A DNA stretch of 64,000 nucleotides, from positions 4,780,508 to 4,844,507 of the forward strand of contig MU058584.1 of NCBI GenBank assembly GCA_013265495.1, in the 5' to 3' direction. Source of the stretch: Vicugna vicugna (lineage: Eukaryota). A program made the position numbers and the translations under genes. The notes beneath the pieces are model-generated. The model made no database searches. It was not told the DNA's origin and saw nothing but the letters and a program-made list of their open reading frames with translations. Positions within the stretch are counted from its first letter, which is position 1, and every line of letters begins with the position of its first letter. Below, piece by piece: positions 15,032 to 27,584 of this stretch.

Positions 15032-15569
15032 GTAAGACCAGCGCCAGTCACTTGCTCACCGGTCTTAGGGGTTTACTTTCGCTCTGGGGACTCGAGTTCA
15101 CTCTTTTTCCTAGGGTGGCTTGGTCCAAGCTAATGTCCTGACTTCTGAGCCCCTAGGAAGTGAAAGTAACAACAGGACCAACCTTTCTCCCCTGGAGGAA
15201 GCGGGGTGCGAAAGCACCTGCTCAGTCACGTGCTCTTTCCTTTGTAGCTTTGGTATCTGATTTTTAAAAGGGAAAAGATGTGATGGCCTGGGATTGTTTG
15301 TCTTCAACCAGTCAGGAATCTGTGAACCGTGGTAGCAGAGGGATACTGAAAAAGGGGAGCCGAAGGGGAAAGTGTAAATGCACACTGAGAATTCAAGACC
15401 CCGCATTGTCTGTATTCTCATCAGCTGCTCATTCTCACAGGGGGTCAGATTTGGGGCGCCCGGGCCACCACCAGGCAATAGGGCTGAGTCTAGCATTTAG
15501 GACCCATGATGTAACTCTCACACCAGAGACCTGCATTCAGTTCTGACTTCTGGGAATCAGCGCAGTGGA

Positions 15570-15770
15570 GCAGAAAGCGAAGGGTCCTGGAGTCTAGAGC
15601 TTGGGCCCCAGTTCTACCTCCTATTGACTTTGTGACTTTGTGTAATTTTCTTAGACTCACTGAGCTTCAGCTTTCTCATCTGTAACATGGAAATAATGTA
15701 AGCTACTCAGTAGAGTTATGATGAGCATCAAAATTAGAAAAAGCAATAAAATGCTTTGTAAGCAGTAACA
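15570..15770 (+). mobile_element. MIR SINE
   Basis: tgtgactttgtgtaattttcttagactcactgagcttcagctttctcatctgtaacatggaaataat is the MIR core. Many further MIRs occur (e.g. ~340-430, 7760-7950, 17285-17480, 35050-35220, 44390-44560). Confidence 0.75.
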
Positions 15771-16575
15771 TTCTATATACACGTCAGCTGCTATGTTCAA
15801 CAAGATAAGCAGAATTTTGAGGTTTAAAAAGAGACTCAAAATTAAAAGATGTCCCATCTTTTTTGAGGGGGGATGTTAGACGACATGATTTTTAAAATTT
15901 TCTTTTTTTAAATTGACATATAGTTGATTGACATTGTTAGTGTCAGGTGTACAGCAAAGCAATTCGGTTGTGCATGTACCTGGGTGTAATACACAGACAG
16001 AATTTTGAAGACTTAGTCAAAAAAATAAAGGATAAAAATCTCAATACTTTTTTTCTTATATCAAATGCATGTTGAAATGATAATATTTTGAATAGTATCA
16101 GTCACATAAGTATTATTAAAAATAAGTTCATTTTTTTCTTTTCATTTTTGAAATTTTTAAAAATGTGGCAACACAAAAATTTAGCTTTGCATTCATTGCT
16201 CACGTTTGACAGTGCTTGACTGGGGGATGTCAGGGAAATGCACTGACCGGGGCTGCGGCAGGAAGTGAGAAAAAGAGTGTCCTTGAAGATGCTAAACAAT
16301 CAAGTGCTAAGTTCCATACTGGATGCTTTATGTGTGTTGTTTATAGTTCTCAAAGATATCCACAAGACTATTAAAATCCCTACTTTTCTGACGGAGGAAC
16401 TAAAGCTCAGAGGCATTAAAAACTTCCTGAAGGTCATACAGTGAGTCACGTTAACTCAGAGCCCGTGGTTTTCCCACCAGCCCAGCAGGCATCGGGGAGG
16501 GGCTCCGACTGATATTGTGGAAGAATCTCTTCTGGAAACTGGGGTCAGAATCCCAGCAAGCTGAACTGGTTTGAT

Positions 16576-16716
16576 GGGAAAAAAAAAGAGGAAAAGAAAA
16601 AAGGGGGAAAAAAAGGGAAAAAAAAGAAAAAAAGGGGAAAAAAAAGGGAAAAAAGGAAAAGAAAAAAAAAGAAAAAGGAAAAAAAAGAAAAAAAGGAAAC
16701 AAAAAAGGAAAAAAAG
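16576..16716 (+). repeat. 141-nt A/G-only low-complexity tract in intron 7
   Basis: Irregular A-runs separated by 1-5 G; a single C at 16700. Confidence 0.9.
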
Positions 16717-17891
16717 CCCAATGCCTGGGCTTCGGCAGGTTTCGTATGGTCCAGTGTGGTCTGAAATGTGGCAGTGCAGGGTGACATTGCTACCTCTGGT
16801 TTCCTCCATGTCATGTTTAACCTGCTGCTGACTCTATAAAGATTTTGCTAAAGACAACTGTTCGGCACTGTCATTGGGTAATGAGCTTATTATCAAGCAA
16901 TGCAATGTCCTGCAATGCAGAGACTCCAAAAAGTCAGAACAGAGTGATGACTAAAGGCCTGGAGGGTATTCTACTTGTTTCAATTCTAGTCATTTTCATC
17001 GAGGTTCTGGTGCAAAACTGGCTGCACATTACAATCAAGTGGAAAGCGTTTAAAAGTCCAGGTACCGCATGCCAGACTGAGTAAATCAAAGCTTCTGGGG
17101 ATAGAACCCAGGCATCGGTGTTTTTTAAAAAACTCGCCATGTGATTCCAATGTACAGCCTCGTTTGTGAACCAGTGCTATTGGATGAAAGAAGTCCAGGA
17201 AGACGGTCCAGCTCCCCAGCTGTTCTGCCAGGGACCAGAGCTGACGGTTGGAAACCTGGGATGGAAGAATTGACTGTAACAACCACCATTTACTGAGTGC
17301 GATGTGCTAGGCACCACGTACTCATTTTCTTATTTAATCCTCATAACAGTATCTCTAAGGTATAGATAATTATCACTCCAAATCTTGAAGATGTGGAAAC
17401 TGAGGCTAATATGTTAAATAATTTGATCAACGTCACAGAGCTATTTAAGTGGTGGTGCTAGGATTCAAACCTAGGTTTTCTGACCCCCAATATGTCCTGG
17501 TTTTCAGGCCACAGAGCCTCTCTTGGTCAGTGAGAGATCTTACTCGCAAGCACCTTGCTGTCCAGATAGCCGCTTTTCACTCCCTGCCCATTTGCATGGG
17601 TTGCAGGGGAGGCCTAGAGAAATAAGATGTTCTGTTCAAAACTGAGCACCTTGCTAGTGGCAGGGCCCACATCAAGATGCAGGGCTCAGGATGACGAATC
17701 GTCTGCTCGTTCTGGTACAACTTGCTGCTGCTTTGCAGCCACAGGGCCAGTCTGTGTCAGAGCTAGAAATAGAGCCGTGGCCAGGTGCCCTCTTCCCAGA
17801 CCCTTGCCCCTCTCGGGGCTGTGTGCGGGCTTGTCAGGTGGCATCTGGGAGTGTCATCCAGCATCCTCTCCCCCTCTCTCTGTCTCCGCAG

Positions 17892-18177
17892 CCCCTACCC
17901 GTGCCTGTGGACCATCAGCAACAGCAGCGGGGGCCCTGCCGGGTCGGGCTCAGAGGTGCACGCCGGCTCCCCGGGAGCATTTCTGTTGGGTAACCCAGCT
18001 GTGACTTCGCCCCTCTCCACCCAGGCGCCCGCTTCAGCCGGTGTGGAGGTTCTGGGGGAACCCTCGCTGACCAGCATCGCCGTGTCCACCTGGACAGCAG
18101 TAGCCTCGCATCCTTTGTCGGGCTGGGGCAGCCCGGGTGGGGGTGGGCGCCATTCTCCCTCCTCGCTGGATAGTTAA
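17892..18177 (+). CDS. TBX19: TBX19 last coding exon 8 (to stop codon)
   Basis: Long pyrimidine tract, ccgcag|C acceptor; 286 nt. Encodes [10 protein letters not shown]...[42 protein letters not shown]. Exons 2-8 total 1138 nt with consistent phases. Confidence 0.96.
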
Positions 18178-18699
18178 GCGGGATCCTAGGGAAGGTGTTG
18201 GAGGAGAACCTGCTGTGTGTAGAGCTCGTAGAAATCCCACCTGCCGATCCCAGGGAGTCAGACTGTAGGGTCTCCCCACCCAGTGAGCAGAGGGCTGGGT
18301 TGTACCGGAAGCCTCCTGGGAGATGGTCTAGTTTGACGATGCTAATTTTGTCACCTGTATCCCTCTGCCATTTTCTCTGTGTGCTCCCGTTTTCTCTGCA
18401 GCGTATCCAGTCTGTGCTTAGGCCACAGAATTTTGCTGAGACCTTCCTTGTGTCCTGCCCCTTCCTCTCAAATGATTCTAGAAGGCGGCCCTTCCTGTTT
18501 TGTGGAGGTGATGCAAAGCTGTTAGGTGAGCTCAAAGTTTACCCAGCCTAAAGCCACTGCTCTGTAGCTTTGTGCAGCCCTGAGAAGTATGTGTGGCCAC
18601 AGAGCTTCTGATCTGAGACCAAGAGGGGGTATAAGTTCATGGAGTGGAGTTAACAAAAACAGGACTAGTCACTTACGACAGCATTGAGAACTGAGGAAA

Positions 18700-19235
18700 T
18701 GGCAATCATGTCACTCCCTCACCCAGAAACCTTCGATGGCTCACCATTGTCTACAGGATGAAGTTGTATCTCCTTTAAGTCCTCTACCATCTGGCCTCAA
18801 ACCACTTCTCCAGCTTTTAGCTCCCTGCGACCCCTTTAACATCCTAGACTGCAGCCAGAGCAGACCTTCTGCCTCTGTGTATTGAACATTCAGTATACTT
18901 TCCCATCTCTGTACCTTCTCCCCCGCGGAGACATCCTACTCTGTTTAGTCCCACCTGTGTGAATCCTGCGCTTCTCCCAGGGACTGGCCCAAGCACCAGC
19001 CCCTGCATCAAACATCTGATCGGCTGGGCGCATTTGATTCGGCTCCCTGTCTCCCACTGGTCTTGCCAATGATGTAGAGCTCGCCTATTCTGCCTTGTAT
19101 TTTTATTGCCTGCTCTTGCGTCTCTCTCCCACTAGACTGTGAGCCCCTGGAGGGTGAAGCCCACTGAGCCTTCTTGTCTTGTTCCCCACGGCCCCCAGTA
19201 CTGGGCCTTGCCCATAGTAGGTGCCCAGTAAACAC
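18700..19235 (+). mobile_element. L2 LINE 3' portion downstream of the TBX19 stop
   Basis: catgtcactccct...ctagactgtgagcccctggagg...catagtaggtgcccagtaaac matches the L2 3' end. Confidence 0.65.
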
Positions 19236-20805
19236 TGGCAGAGTCGACTTGGTGTGAAGTGCATGTGCTAAAAGCCAGTGGTGGAGCTCGCGGGGAGGCA
19301 GAGCTAAGAAGCACATGGCCTGGGACAGGGCAGTGGGTCAGAGTGGGAGCCGGGGAACATGCGAGTGTTCCGTCTGAGGTACAGCCCGTGCTCAGTGATG
19401 GATGAGATAAGGAGACAGTGTGGACGAGAGCCATTATTCCCAAACACCACTCCTCGCAGCCCCTGCGCCAGGCTCACCTGGAACACCTGTTAGAAATACA
19501 GATTCCTGGGCATACTCCACACCTCTTGGATCAGAATCTTTGAGGCTGGAGTCCAGGAGTCTGCATTTCAAACCAGCGCGCCAGACACTGGTCACTACAC
19601 CAAATTTGGAAACAACTTACCTGAAACAAAAAATGGAATGGTAACTACTCCAGGGGCCTCGTTTCCGATGAGAGTTTCAGCCTCTGGCCCAGCTTCGGCC
19701 ACTGCTGTAGCCAGTGAGCAAAATCACTACGCTGGTCTCCTTTTCCTCTCCCACGCACTACTGGATGTGCTGACAACTCTGGGGGCGCGGTTTCCAGACC
19801 CGGCTGACGGGCAGTTCTCCCGGCATCGACATCACGCCGCACTGGCCAGGCAGCCTTCTCAGGTCATCAGTGGCGGAGCCTCAGGTTCTGCCCCCGGAGC
19901 TGAGCAGTGGCTCAGCTGCTCCCACCCCGAGTCTATCAGCGGAGCCCACGTAATCCACCATCCTGCCATGCCGTGCCTTAGCCTGCGTCCGAGGCTCTTT
20001 CTACAGATTGTGCTTAGCACTGCCTGATAACTTCAGTGCCATTCCATTTTGGACCTGGCTCTCTGGAAACAATGCCGCTCCAACCACGTGATGTCCTGGG
20101 AGGCCACTTGACCACACACACGGTGGCCTGGCCAGAGCTCTGGGTCTCTAATTGGTATGTGAGTGACCGAGGCACAAGGAACCCCCACGACTCCTCTTTG
20201 AAAAGCTCCCTGCTCAGCACGCCACCGAGGCAGGACTATTTTTGGTTCCCTAGTCCCTCTGTGATACCGTTAGGGGCCATTAAGATGTTAGTACACTAGC
20301 TTCTCTGCAAGACGGTATTTTGGTAAGTTGTAAAAAAGAGGCAGTTTCTCTTTCTGTTAGACGTTTAGGCCACCAGTCACTGCAGTGGTCAGTCACGCAC
20401 CAAAAGCCTTAGCAAGTGCAATTATTCTATGAAAAGCTATCTTTAGTGTCGCCTTCCTGCACTTCCCCCCAAGCCTGGAGGAGCCAGAAGATGTGGCACA
20501 GAGCAGAAAGGGGCCAATAACCTCCATCCTTTCTTCATTTTTCTTGCTCAGGTGAGCTGGGTCCTCCGCAGGGCGATTATGCAAGCGTTAGCTGAGTTTG
20601 GGGTGACTGTAACTCACCAGCCTTACAGGATGCTCAGCTTGGAGCCCGCGATGATTTTTAACCACAATGTGATAGCTGGCTCCGCACAGAGGATCTCTGG
20701 TGTTCGCAGTGCAGCCAGAATTGTCTACTTTCTGGTGTTTTCTCCAGATAGTCCAGGGCTAATTTCTGACTGGGAGGAGCAACACTTAACTGCTTAAGTC
20801 TGTTT

Positions 20806-20811
20806 AATAAA
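20806..20811 (+). promoter_or_regulatory. Candidate TBX19 polyadenylation signal
   Basis: First canonical AATAAA I found after the stop codon (~2.6 kb downstream), with T/GT-rich sequence at ~20865-20892. A variant AGTAAA at 19227-19232 is an alternative. Confidence 0.35.
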
Positions 20812-22088
20812 TGACAGAGTCTCTGATGCATTAGACAAACTCTGGAGGCTTTCACACCGTCTCCTTGCTTGTGCATTTTCTTTATCTGGTTCACTATACA
20901 ACAAAAGTGGTGCCCACTTCAGGGTTTTAGGCCTGAAACATGAAATTTAAGAGAAACTGAAATCCCACCTGAGTAGAAAGAGTTAAGTCCTCAAGCCAGG
21001 CGTAGAGATTGTGACTCTCCCGAGGGCCTGGTTTATGTGAAAGTGTCTCTCCTTGGGGACCTTTATTTGGGCCTGTTTGGCCTCACCAGCTCTCCTCTGT
21101 CCTGGTGAGCCAGCCTGGTCACCAAACACCTCTGCCCATCACACCTCGGCCAGAAATCTGCAGGGCACTCCTCGTGCCCTTCCTGTCACTCAGTGGGCAC
21201 CTCCTAGGCCTGGGAGGAAGGCGTGGGGGAAGTGTAACAGGGGAGAGTGAGAACACTACGTTATTAAGAAAAATCTCAGTAAAGGGTGTCTGAAGCCTGG
21301 TAGATATTTGCCACTTTTCTCCAGGACCGGAATGAAGCTGGGTGAGTTTCAGCTTGTTAACACATCACATTTGTGAAGGGTATTAATCCTGCGTTATAGA
21401 ATAAGAGATTAGTCCAAGTTGGGGCAAGGTGACTGAGACACTCTGGTGGCATTTATTTTAACCCCCTCTCTTTTGTTTTCCCCACCCACCCCCACCTTTT
21501 TGAGCCACTTGTGGGCTCCTGGGCAGGCAGGTAACCAGAGAGACTATGGGCATCCTGGACAGACATCAGGGAGGGGGAGATGCGGTGCCAAAAAAAGGCA
21601 CAGGGGAAGAGCCTCTGTGGTCTGAAGATTCTGAAACTTTTCCATCACCATCACTGAAGAGACAGCTGTGGCGTCTGCCCAGCACCCCAGCCTTCTGGGT
21701 ACAGAATCCTACACCCTCTCCCACACTCTTGGGGGAACTGTCCCCCACCCCACCACACGTCTGTAGTGGGGCTGCCCGCTCACACTCCATCCTATCGAGC
21801 TGGTTTGGAGGGACGCGCTGCCGGAGACCCATCTGTTACAGGAAGAGCAAGCCGTCCAACGTGGGCAAACACAGACGGGCTCACAATCCCAAGTCTCACT
21901 GTGTTACAGGCCTTGTGAGGCACTGAAAATGCCTTGGCAATGGAAAAAATGGAGTTGACATTTATCGTAAACAAAATGGAATTGGAAATACCTATTAAGG
22001 CCAGTGGTTAAAAGCTGTGGCAAGTGGCAAGCTGCATTAGCACATATGACTAGTCTGGCCTAGAAAAGGGACTGGGACAATCCCTTTA

Positions 22089-22223
22089 TTTACTTATTTT
22101 TTTCTGTTTTTTGGGGGGCATGGGAGGCAATTAGGTTTATTTATTTATTTGAAGGTACTGGGGATTGAACCCAGGATCTCATGCATGCTAAGCACACACT
22201 GTACTGCTGAGCTATACCCTCTC
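22089..22223 (-). mobile_element. tRNA-Ala-derived SINE (camelid Vic-1-like)
   Basis: Reverse complement reads gagagggtatagctcag...gcttagcatgcatgagatcctgggttcaatccccagtacc, followed by (TAAA)n-acctaattgcctccc and an A-rich tail. Its target-site duplication is split by the neighbouring LTR. Confidence 0.88.
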
Positions 22224-22230
22224 CTGAGAC

Positions 22231-22721
22231 TGAGGTGGGAAACCCCATGAAAAAGACCAGCAGGGCCACTACTCTCCTGCCAGCACCATCTGGTTCCCTG
22301 GCCCAGAGGCATTATCTCACTTTTTAAACTCTGAAACGACTTACTTCTAGGAAAGTGGAACTTACCCCTAAGATTCTACTGATTCCCTGAGCTAATTCCT
22401 GATTGGTCCTCTTCCCTCACTCCTGATTGGTCCATTTCTACAAAGCTTGTTCCTAATTAGTCACCTTTGTTATACCTTATTTGCATATGATCTTGCAAAA
22501 TGTTGCAAAGTCTAGACTGGTAGCCTATAAAAGCCTGTGTAAACCTACAGACGGGTTCCAGAGCTTGGAATGTTAACTCTTCTGGGCCTGCTGGTGTAAT
22601 AAACCTGAGTTCTCCAACCCTCCGAGTGCTACTTGGTCTCTCACCCGGATCCAGGTTGCTGTCACAACTGAGCTATAACACTGAGCTGTAACACTGAGCT
22701 GTAACACACTTCGCTGCAACA
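22231..22721 (+). mobile_element. Solo ERV LTR (ERV1-like), 491 bp
   Basis: TG...CA termini; 4-bp flanks AGAC (22227-22230) / AGAT (22722-22725); two ctgattggtcc CCAAT boxes; TATAAAA 22526-22532; AATAAA 22598-22603; U5 tandem ctgagctgtaaca x3 (22668-22706). Confidence 0.85.
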
Positions 22722-23344
22722 AGATGATCCCTTTAGGTGACGTTCCTCTTACAGGGGGACCCAACACATGGTTTCTGCAGGTCTATACTGACTGGATTCT
22801 GTGCTGAGCCCAAGTCACACTGCTAGTTGGACAAATACTGTTCTCTCTCTGTGTGTCTAGTGGGGACCATTTCCACCAAGTGGGTGGTCCTCGTTGTGTG
22901 GCTCTGATTCTCCACAGCTCAGCGGGTCTCCCTGGCAACACCACAGACATCTTTGTTCTCGGGCTGTGCTCTGGATCTTGGATTGTGATAATAAAAGTGC
23001 AGAAGGGGCTACAAGGCAAACCACTGTTATCTAAAGCCAACCCAGATCCTCCTCAGTTGGCAATGGAGGGAGTATGTTCTGTTAGGAGGGGCAGTTAGAT
23101 TTTGCAGCTTCTAGATTCCTGGGGAATCTCTTAGAATCACTCCAGTCTCCATTGCACTGGGCTGTATCACTGCCTCAGGCGTGGACCCATGATCACCCCA
23201 CAGCGATGCACAGGCCAAGTTGTAATGTCTTTTTTCTAGAGGCTTAGTGCTTATAGAGGGCCACTCTATAACATAAAATGTTACATACATCTTCTGAACT
23301 TGGTATTCAAGGTAGAGTTTAACCATATTCAATTTATTGGCATC

Positions 23345-23620
23345 GATTTTTACAATTTTTATTTGTATTGAGATGTAAGATTTAGTAAGCCCACAGATCA
23401 TAAGTGTACAGCTTGATGAATGCTTACATCTGTATGTACTTGCAAAACTTGCAATAAGATCAAGATATAGAACATTTGCAGGACCCCAGAGGGCTCCCTT
23501 GTACCCCTTCCCAGGCAGTACTTGCCCCAAGATAAACACAACTCTACTACTATCACCGCATATTAGTTTAACCTGTTCTTGACCTTCATATAAGTGGAAT
23601 CAAATAGTAGGAATTCTGTC
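23345..23620 (-). mobile_element. Old L1M 3' end fragment
   Basis: taagtgtacagcttgatgaa...agatcaagatatagaacattt...cttcatataagtggaatca is an antisense L1M 3' UTR. Confidence 0.65.
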
Positions 23621-24899
23621 TGTGGCACCCTGTCTAGCTCCCATCTAGTCCTCCATTCAAAAGATCATCTTTTCATTTCTTAGCTGAAATACTCTCAACA
23701 GATAATTCAGCTCTTTGATATTCAAACCAAGAGACAGATGCCCAGAAGAATGTAGGAGTTTCTTTTCTGAGGTTTCCCATCTTCTGTCTGGATGGCTGGC
23801 AGAGAGAATGTCTCCCTTCTTGTAGCAGGCCCTCCCTTTTCCCCACCTCCACAAGGCAACCACACCAGAAGGCAGCATGGTAAATCCAACCTCTGCACAC
23901 TTCTAGTAGTTGAAGAATTGTTTTGTCCCAGGGACTTTAGAAAGCATTTATTGCCCAGTCCCTGTAGAAATGAGAGAACACTGGTTTAACATTAACCATG
24001 AATGGAGTAGGTCACAGCCTACATGACAGAATTTGAAAGGCATTGACTTAGGGTCCCCTAAGTCTTTATCTCCTGGTGCCTGACCTACCCTAATTTGGTT
24101 TTCCCAATTTGTGTTTCTTTTGGGTTGAAACAAGAGAATCTCTTTTAATATGTACATATTATTTGTGAAGAATGTCTAGTCAACTTGTTAGTTGCGTATA
24201 TTCCCGCAGACACATAAATGATCAAATTATTTATCTAGCAATGAAGTCAGTTCCCGAGAGAACGACATCAGATAGGTAAATTTTATTGAGGGGAAGAGAT
24301 TACTCGTGACTGCATAAAAATCGGCTGATGTTTGGGAGCCAAGAGACAACGAGAAAGCATCGAGTATATATGGCAGGGCAGAGTGAAGAGAAAATCAGCA
24401 GATACGGGAGGCATTTTACAGCAATCATTGTTTTTCAAGGACCTACTGTTTCCCACCTCTCTATAGTTGGTGGTGATGTCAGAGAAGAGCAGAGACAAAA
24501 GTGATACCTGAGCAGATAGCCAGCTCCTCATTTCTAGATCACTGTGTGAGGATCCAGCAAGCACCTGGAATTGGTTTGAGGACAATAAACTTGGCTGACT
24601 TTCTCACTTCAGCTCAGTAGGACTTTTTCATTGACAGGTAGGTGTTTGCACCTGTGTTGAAGATTTTTAAGTTTAATGATATGAAAAGTAAGGATTCTCT
24701 GCAGTGAAGATCTCGCAGACCAATACATTGACACTTCTGATGGATGACAGTCTAAACACTTACAAAGAGCATTGAGAGCAATGGGCAGAGAGGAAGAAAC
24801 CTGAATTTACAGCTCAGCTCCGTCACTGGCATTGAGCAAGATACCTCACCTTACTGGACTTCAGTGTCCACATCTATAAAACAATGTTCTAGAGTAGCA

Positions 24900-25227
24900 G
24901 ATTTCAAGGTTCCACTGGAGAAACATAACCAGTAAATTATGTTATATATGTGTGCGTGGAGTGACTGGCTACAAGGTCTGCAGTTGCGGGGACTAGGCGA
25001 GCTTGAAATCCGTAGGGCAAGCTTAAGCAGGAGGGAGCACGTGGGTCCCTTCTTCCGCCAGGAAACTTCAGTTTTGTTCTTAGGGATTTTCAACAGATTG
25101 GATGAGGCCCCCTCACATTATTGAGGATAACTGCCTTTATATAAAGTTAATTTATTGTAGATGATGTTAATCACATCTACGAAATACCTTCAGCCTAGCC
25201 AAGTTACCCATCAAACTAACCAACACA
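24900..25227 (-). mobile_element. MLT2-type (ERVL) LTR relic
   Basis: Right end reverse-complements to tgtgttggttagtttgatgggtaacttggctaggctg, like the MLT2 5' end; internal gttaatcacatctac hallmark. Confidence 0.65.
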
Positions 25228-26275
25228 ACCCCCAAACTTATTTTTCCTCTGAGAGCTGAGGGAACATCCCTGGGGCCCTACTTATGCGGGACAAACAAAA
25301 TATTGTAAAGATGCCAGCCCTCTGTGGAGAAAACCCTGCCTTCTGGTCCTCGGAGAGCCAATCTAGGAACTGTTAACAAGGGTACTGCTTTTGGTCCCAG
25401 GAGTGAAGGCCCAGAGCCCAGAGGCCCCACCCTCTCCTACTGTTCTCACAGCCACGGAGGCACAGAAAGAGCAGTGTGGGGGACTCCGGACAACTGAGAG
25501 AAAACTGAAATCTGGGCAGCTTGGAGGTCAGCACAATTGTCAGGCCCATGTTAGGACTTGTATAGAATAAAACTGGGACTGGAAGAAGATGTTGGTCACA
25601 TTCTTGTTTTCAATATGCAGCAATCTGAAACTGACTTTTTCTCTTTGGGACCACTCTGCTTTGCAGTGCCTCCCGCGTGTAACTGGGGGTGTGTGTTTGC
25701 ATGCATAGGTGTGCCCCTGTGTATATATTTATTTGAGTTTCCTGTCCCTGGAGAAGAAGTCAGTAAACCTTTGCAACAGACTTTGTTCTGGAAGAGCACT
25801 TCTGAGGGGCAGGGTGGTGGGGACGAGACTAATAGGGAGTTCTGCGTGAGCCAGGACTGATTCTGGAGGAGGAGACGTGGTACCCCTCCTGTGTACCCTT
25901 TAGCTGACTCGGAGTTTGGAGGTTGTTGAACACAAACATAATTAGGAATGTAGTCTAAAAAAAAAAGTGACACAAATGAACTCATTTACAAAACAGAAAC
26001 AGACTTACTGACGTAGAAAACAAACTTACGGCTACCAAGGGGGAAAGAGGGAGGTGGAGGGTTAATTCCCTCTTTATAGATGAGGAGACAGGCTTAGAGA
26101 ACTGAGACAGGCTTTCCAGTATCACACAATGACTAAAGGGTGGAATTCCCACCCATCTGATGATAGCTCTCCCTACCAAAAATCATTGTATGGAGAGGTG
26201 ATGAGAGTACATAGGTAAAAAAATGTAGGCAGTTAATTAATATAAATATGTCATTTTTGACAGCCTAGAGTCAAG

Positions 26276-26700
26276 ATAGCAGCCTAGGGATGCTGTAAGA
26301 ATGCACCACAAACTAGGTGGCTTAGAACGACAGAAATTTACTCTCTCACGGTTTTGGAAGTAAAAGTCTGAAGTCCAGGTGTTGGCTGGGCCACGCTCTC
26401 TCTGAAGGCGCCCAGGAAGTATCCTTCCCCGCCTCTTCCTAGCTCGCAGAGGTTGCCAGCAATCATTGGCTTTCCTTGGCCTGTAGATGCCTCACTCCAG
26501 TCTCTGCTTCTGCTGTCACGTGGTTTTTTTCCCCTGTGTGTTGGTCTATGTCTCGGTTTTCTCTTCTTATAGACACCAGTCATTGAATTGGAGTCCACCC
26601 GGATTTAGTATGATCTCATCCCAATTAATTACATCTGCAAAGGTGGTATTTCCAGAAAAGCTCATATTCTGAGATTCTGGATGGACACTCTTCAGCCTAG
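26276..26700 (-). mobile_element. MLT1 (MaLR) LTR
   Basis: caccacaaactaggtggcttagaacgacagaaatttactctctcac...aattacatctgcaaag...catattctgag is the antisense MLT1 pattern. Confidence 0.8.
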
Positions 26701-27584
26701 TAAACGGTTTAAACAAACTATCATCTGCTACTTACAGGAAGTGTTCTTAAAGGAAGAGGGCGAGAAAGTCCTAGCCCTTGCCTTCACCTGTTGGCTGGAA
26801 TGCAGATGTAACCGGAGCTTGAGCAGCTATCTTGAACCATGAGGTGGACGCCACAATTTGAGCAAGATGGAAGAACAAGATAGGAATTTGAGTTCACCAT
26901 CACACCAGCCCTAGATCTTTTCCTTCTGGACTTGTTTACATAAGAAAAAAAAAATCTTCCTCTTGTTTAAATCAGTTATTTTGGGTTTTGTGTTATTTGT
27001 AAATCTATTCCTAATTTTTACTTAGATTTTTATTAAAAAGTTAAATCCCTTAAAATATGCTGATTTTATATGCTCTTCCTGATGGTGATATTATTATCTC
27101 AAGTTCTCGAACCCTAATTCTTCAGCCTGAGTCTGCCGACTTGCACTTAGGATAGAATTCTTACTTGTGTATTTATCCTTTTGATTGGTCGGCGTTGTGG
27201 GAGTGGCCTTTCGAGAAGGTTTGCTTTTGCTTCTTGCTGCGTAACTCACCGTCTCAAGCAGAGTGGCATGAGCAATTACCATTGATAGTGCTTATGGCTA
27301 CTGCTGGACAGAAATTCAGAAAAGGAAGAGTAAGGATGTCTGGTCTCTGTTCCATGGTAACTGGGACCTCACCTGAAAGGAACCAAAGGCTGGAGCTGAA
27401 TCATCTGAAGGCTTCTTAATCTCATGTCTGGTGGTTGACCCTGGCTGTCGACTGGGACCTCAGCTGGAGCTGTTGGCTGGAATGATGACAGGTGGCCTCC
27501 TCAGGTGGCTACGTGGGCTCTTGGCATGGTGGCTAAGTTCTAAGAGCCAATATCCTGAAGAAAACGAGACAAAAGCCACCTTGC

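Noticed and set aside
16451..16831. Lys-rich and Phe-rich ORFs
   Set aside because: They are translations of the polypurine low-complexity tract.
17915..18535. 206-aa antisense ORF over exon 8
   Set aside because: Shadow of a GC-rich coding exon; it starts at TTG and has no recognisable domain.
22668..22706. Short direct repeats as a CRISPR-like array
   Set aside because: Head-to-tail 13-mers without spacers inside a retroviral U5, in mammalian DNA.
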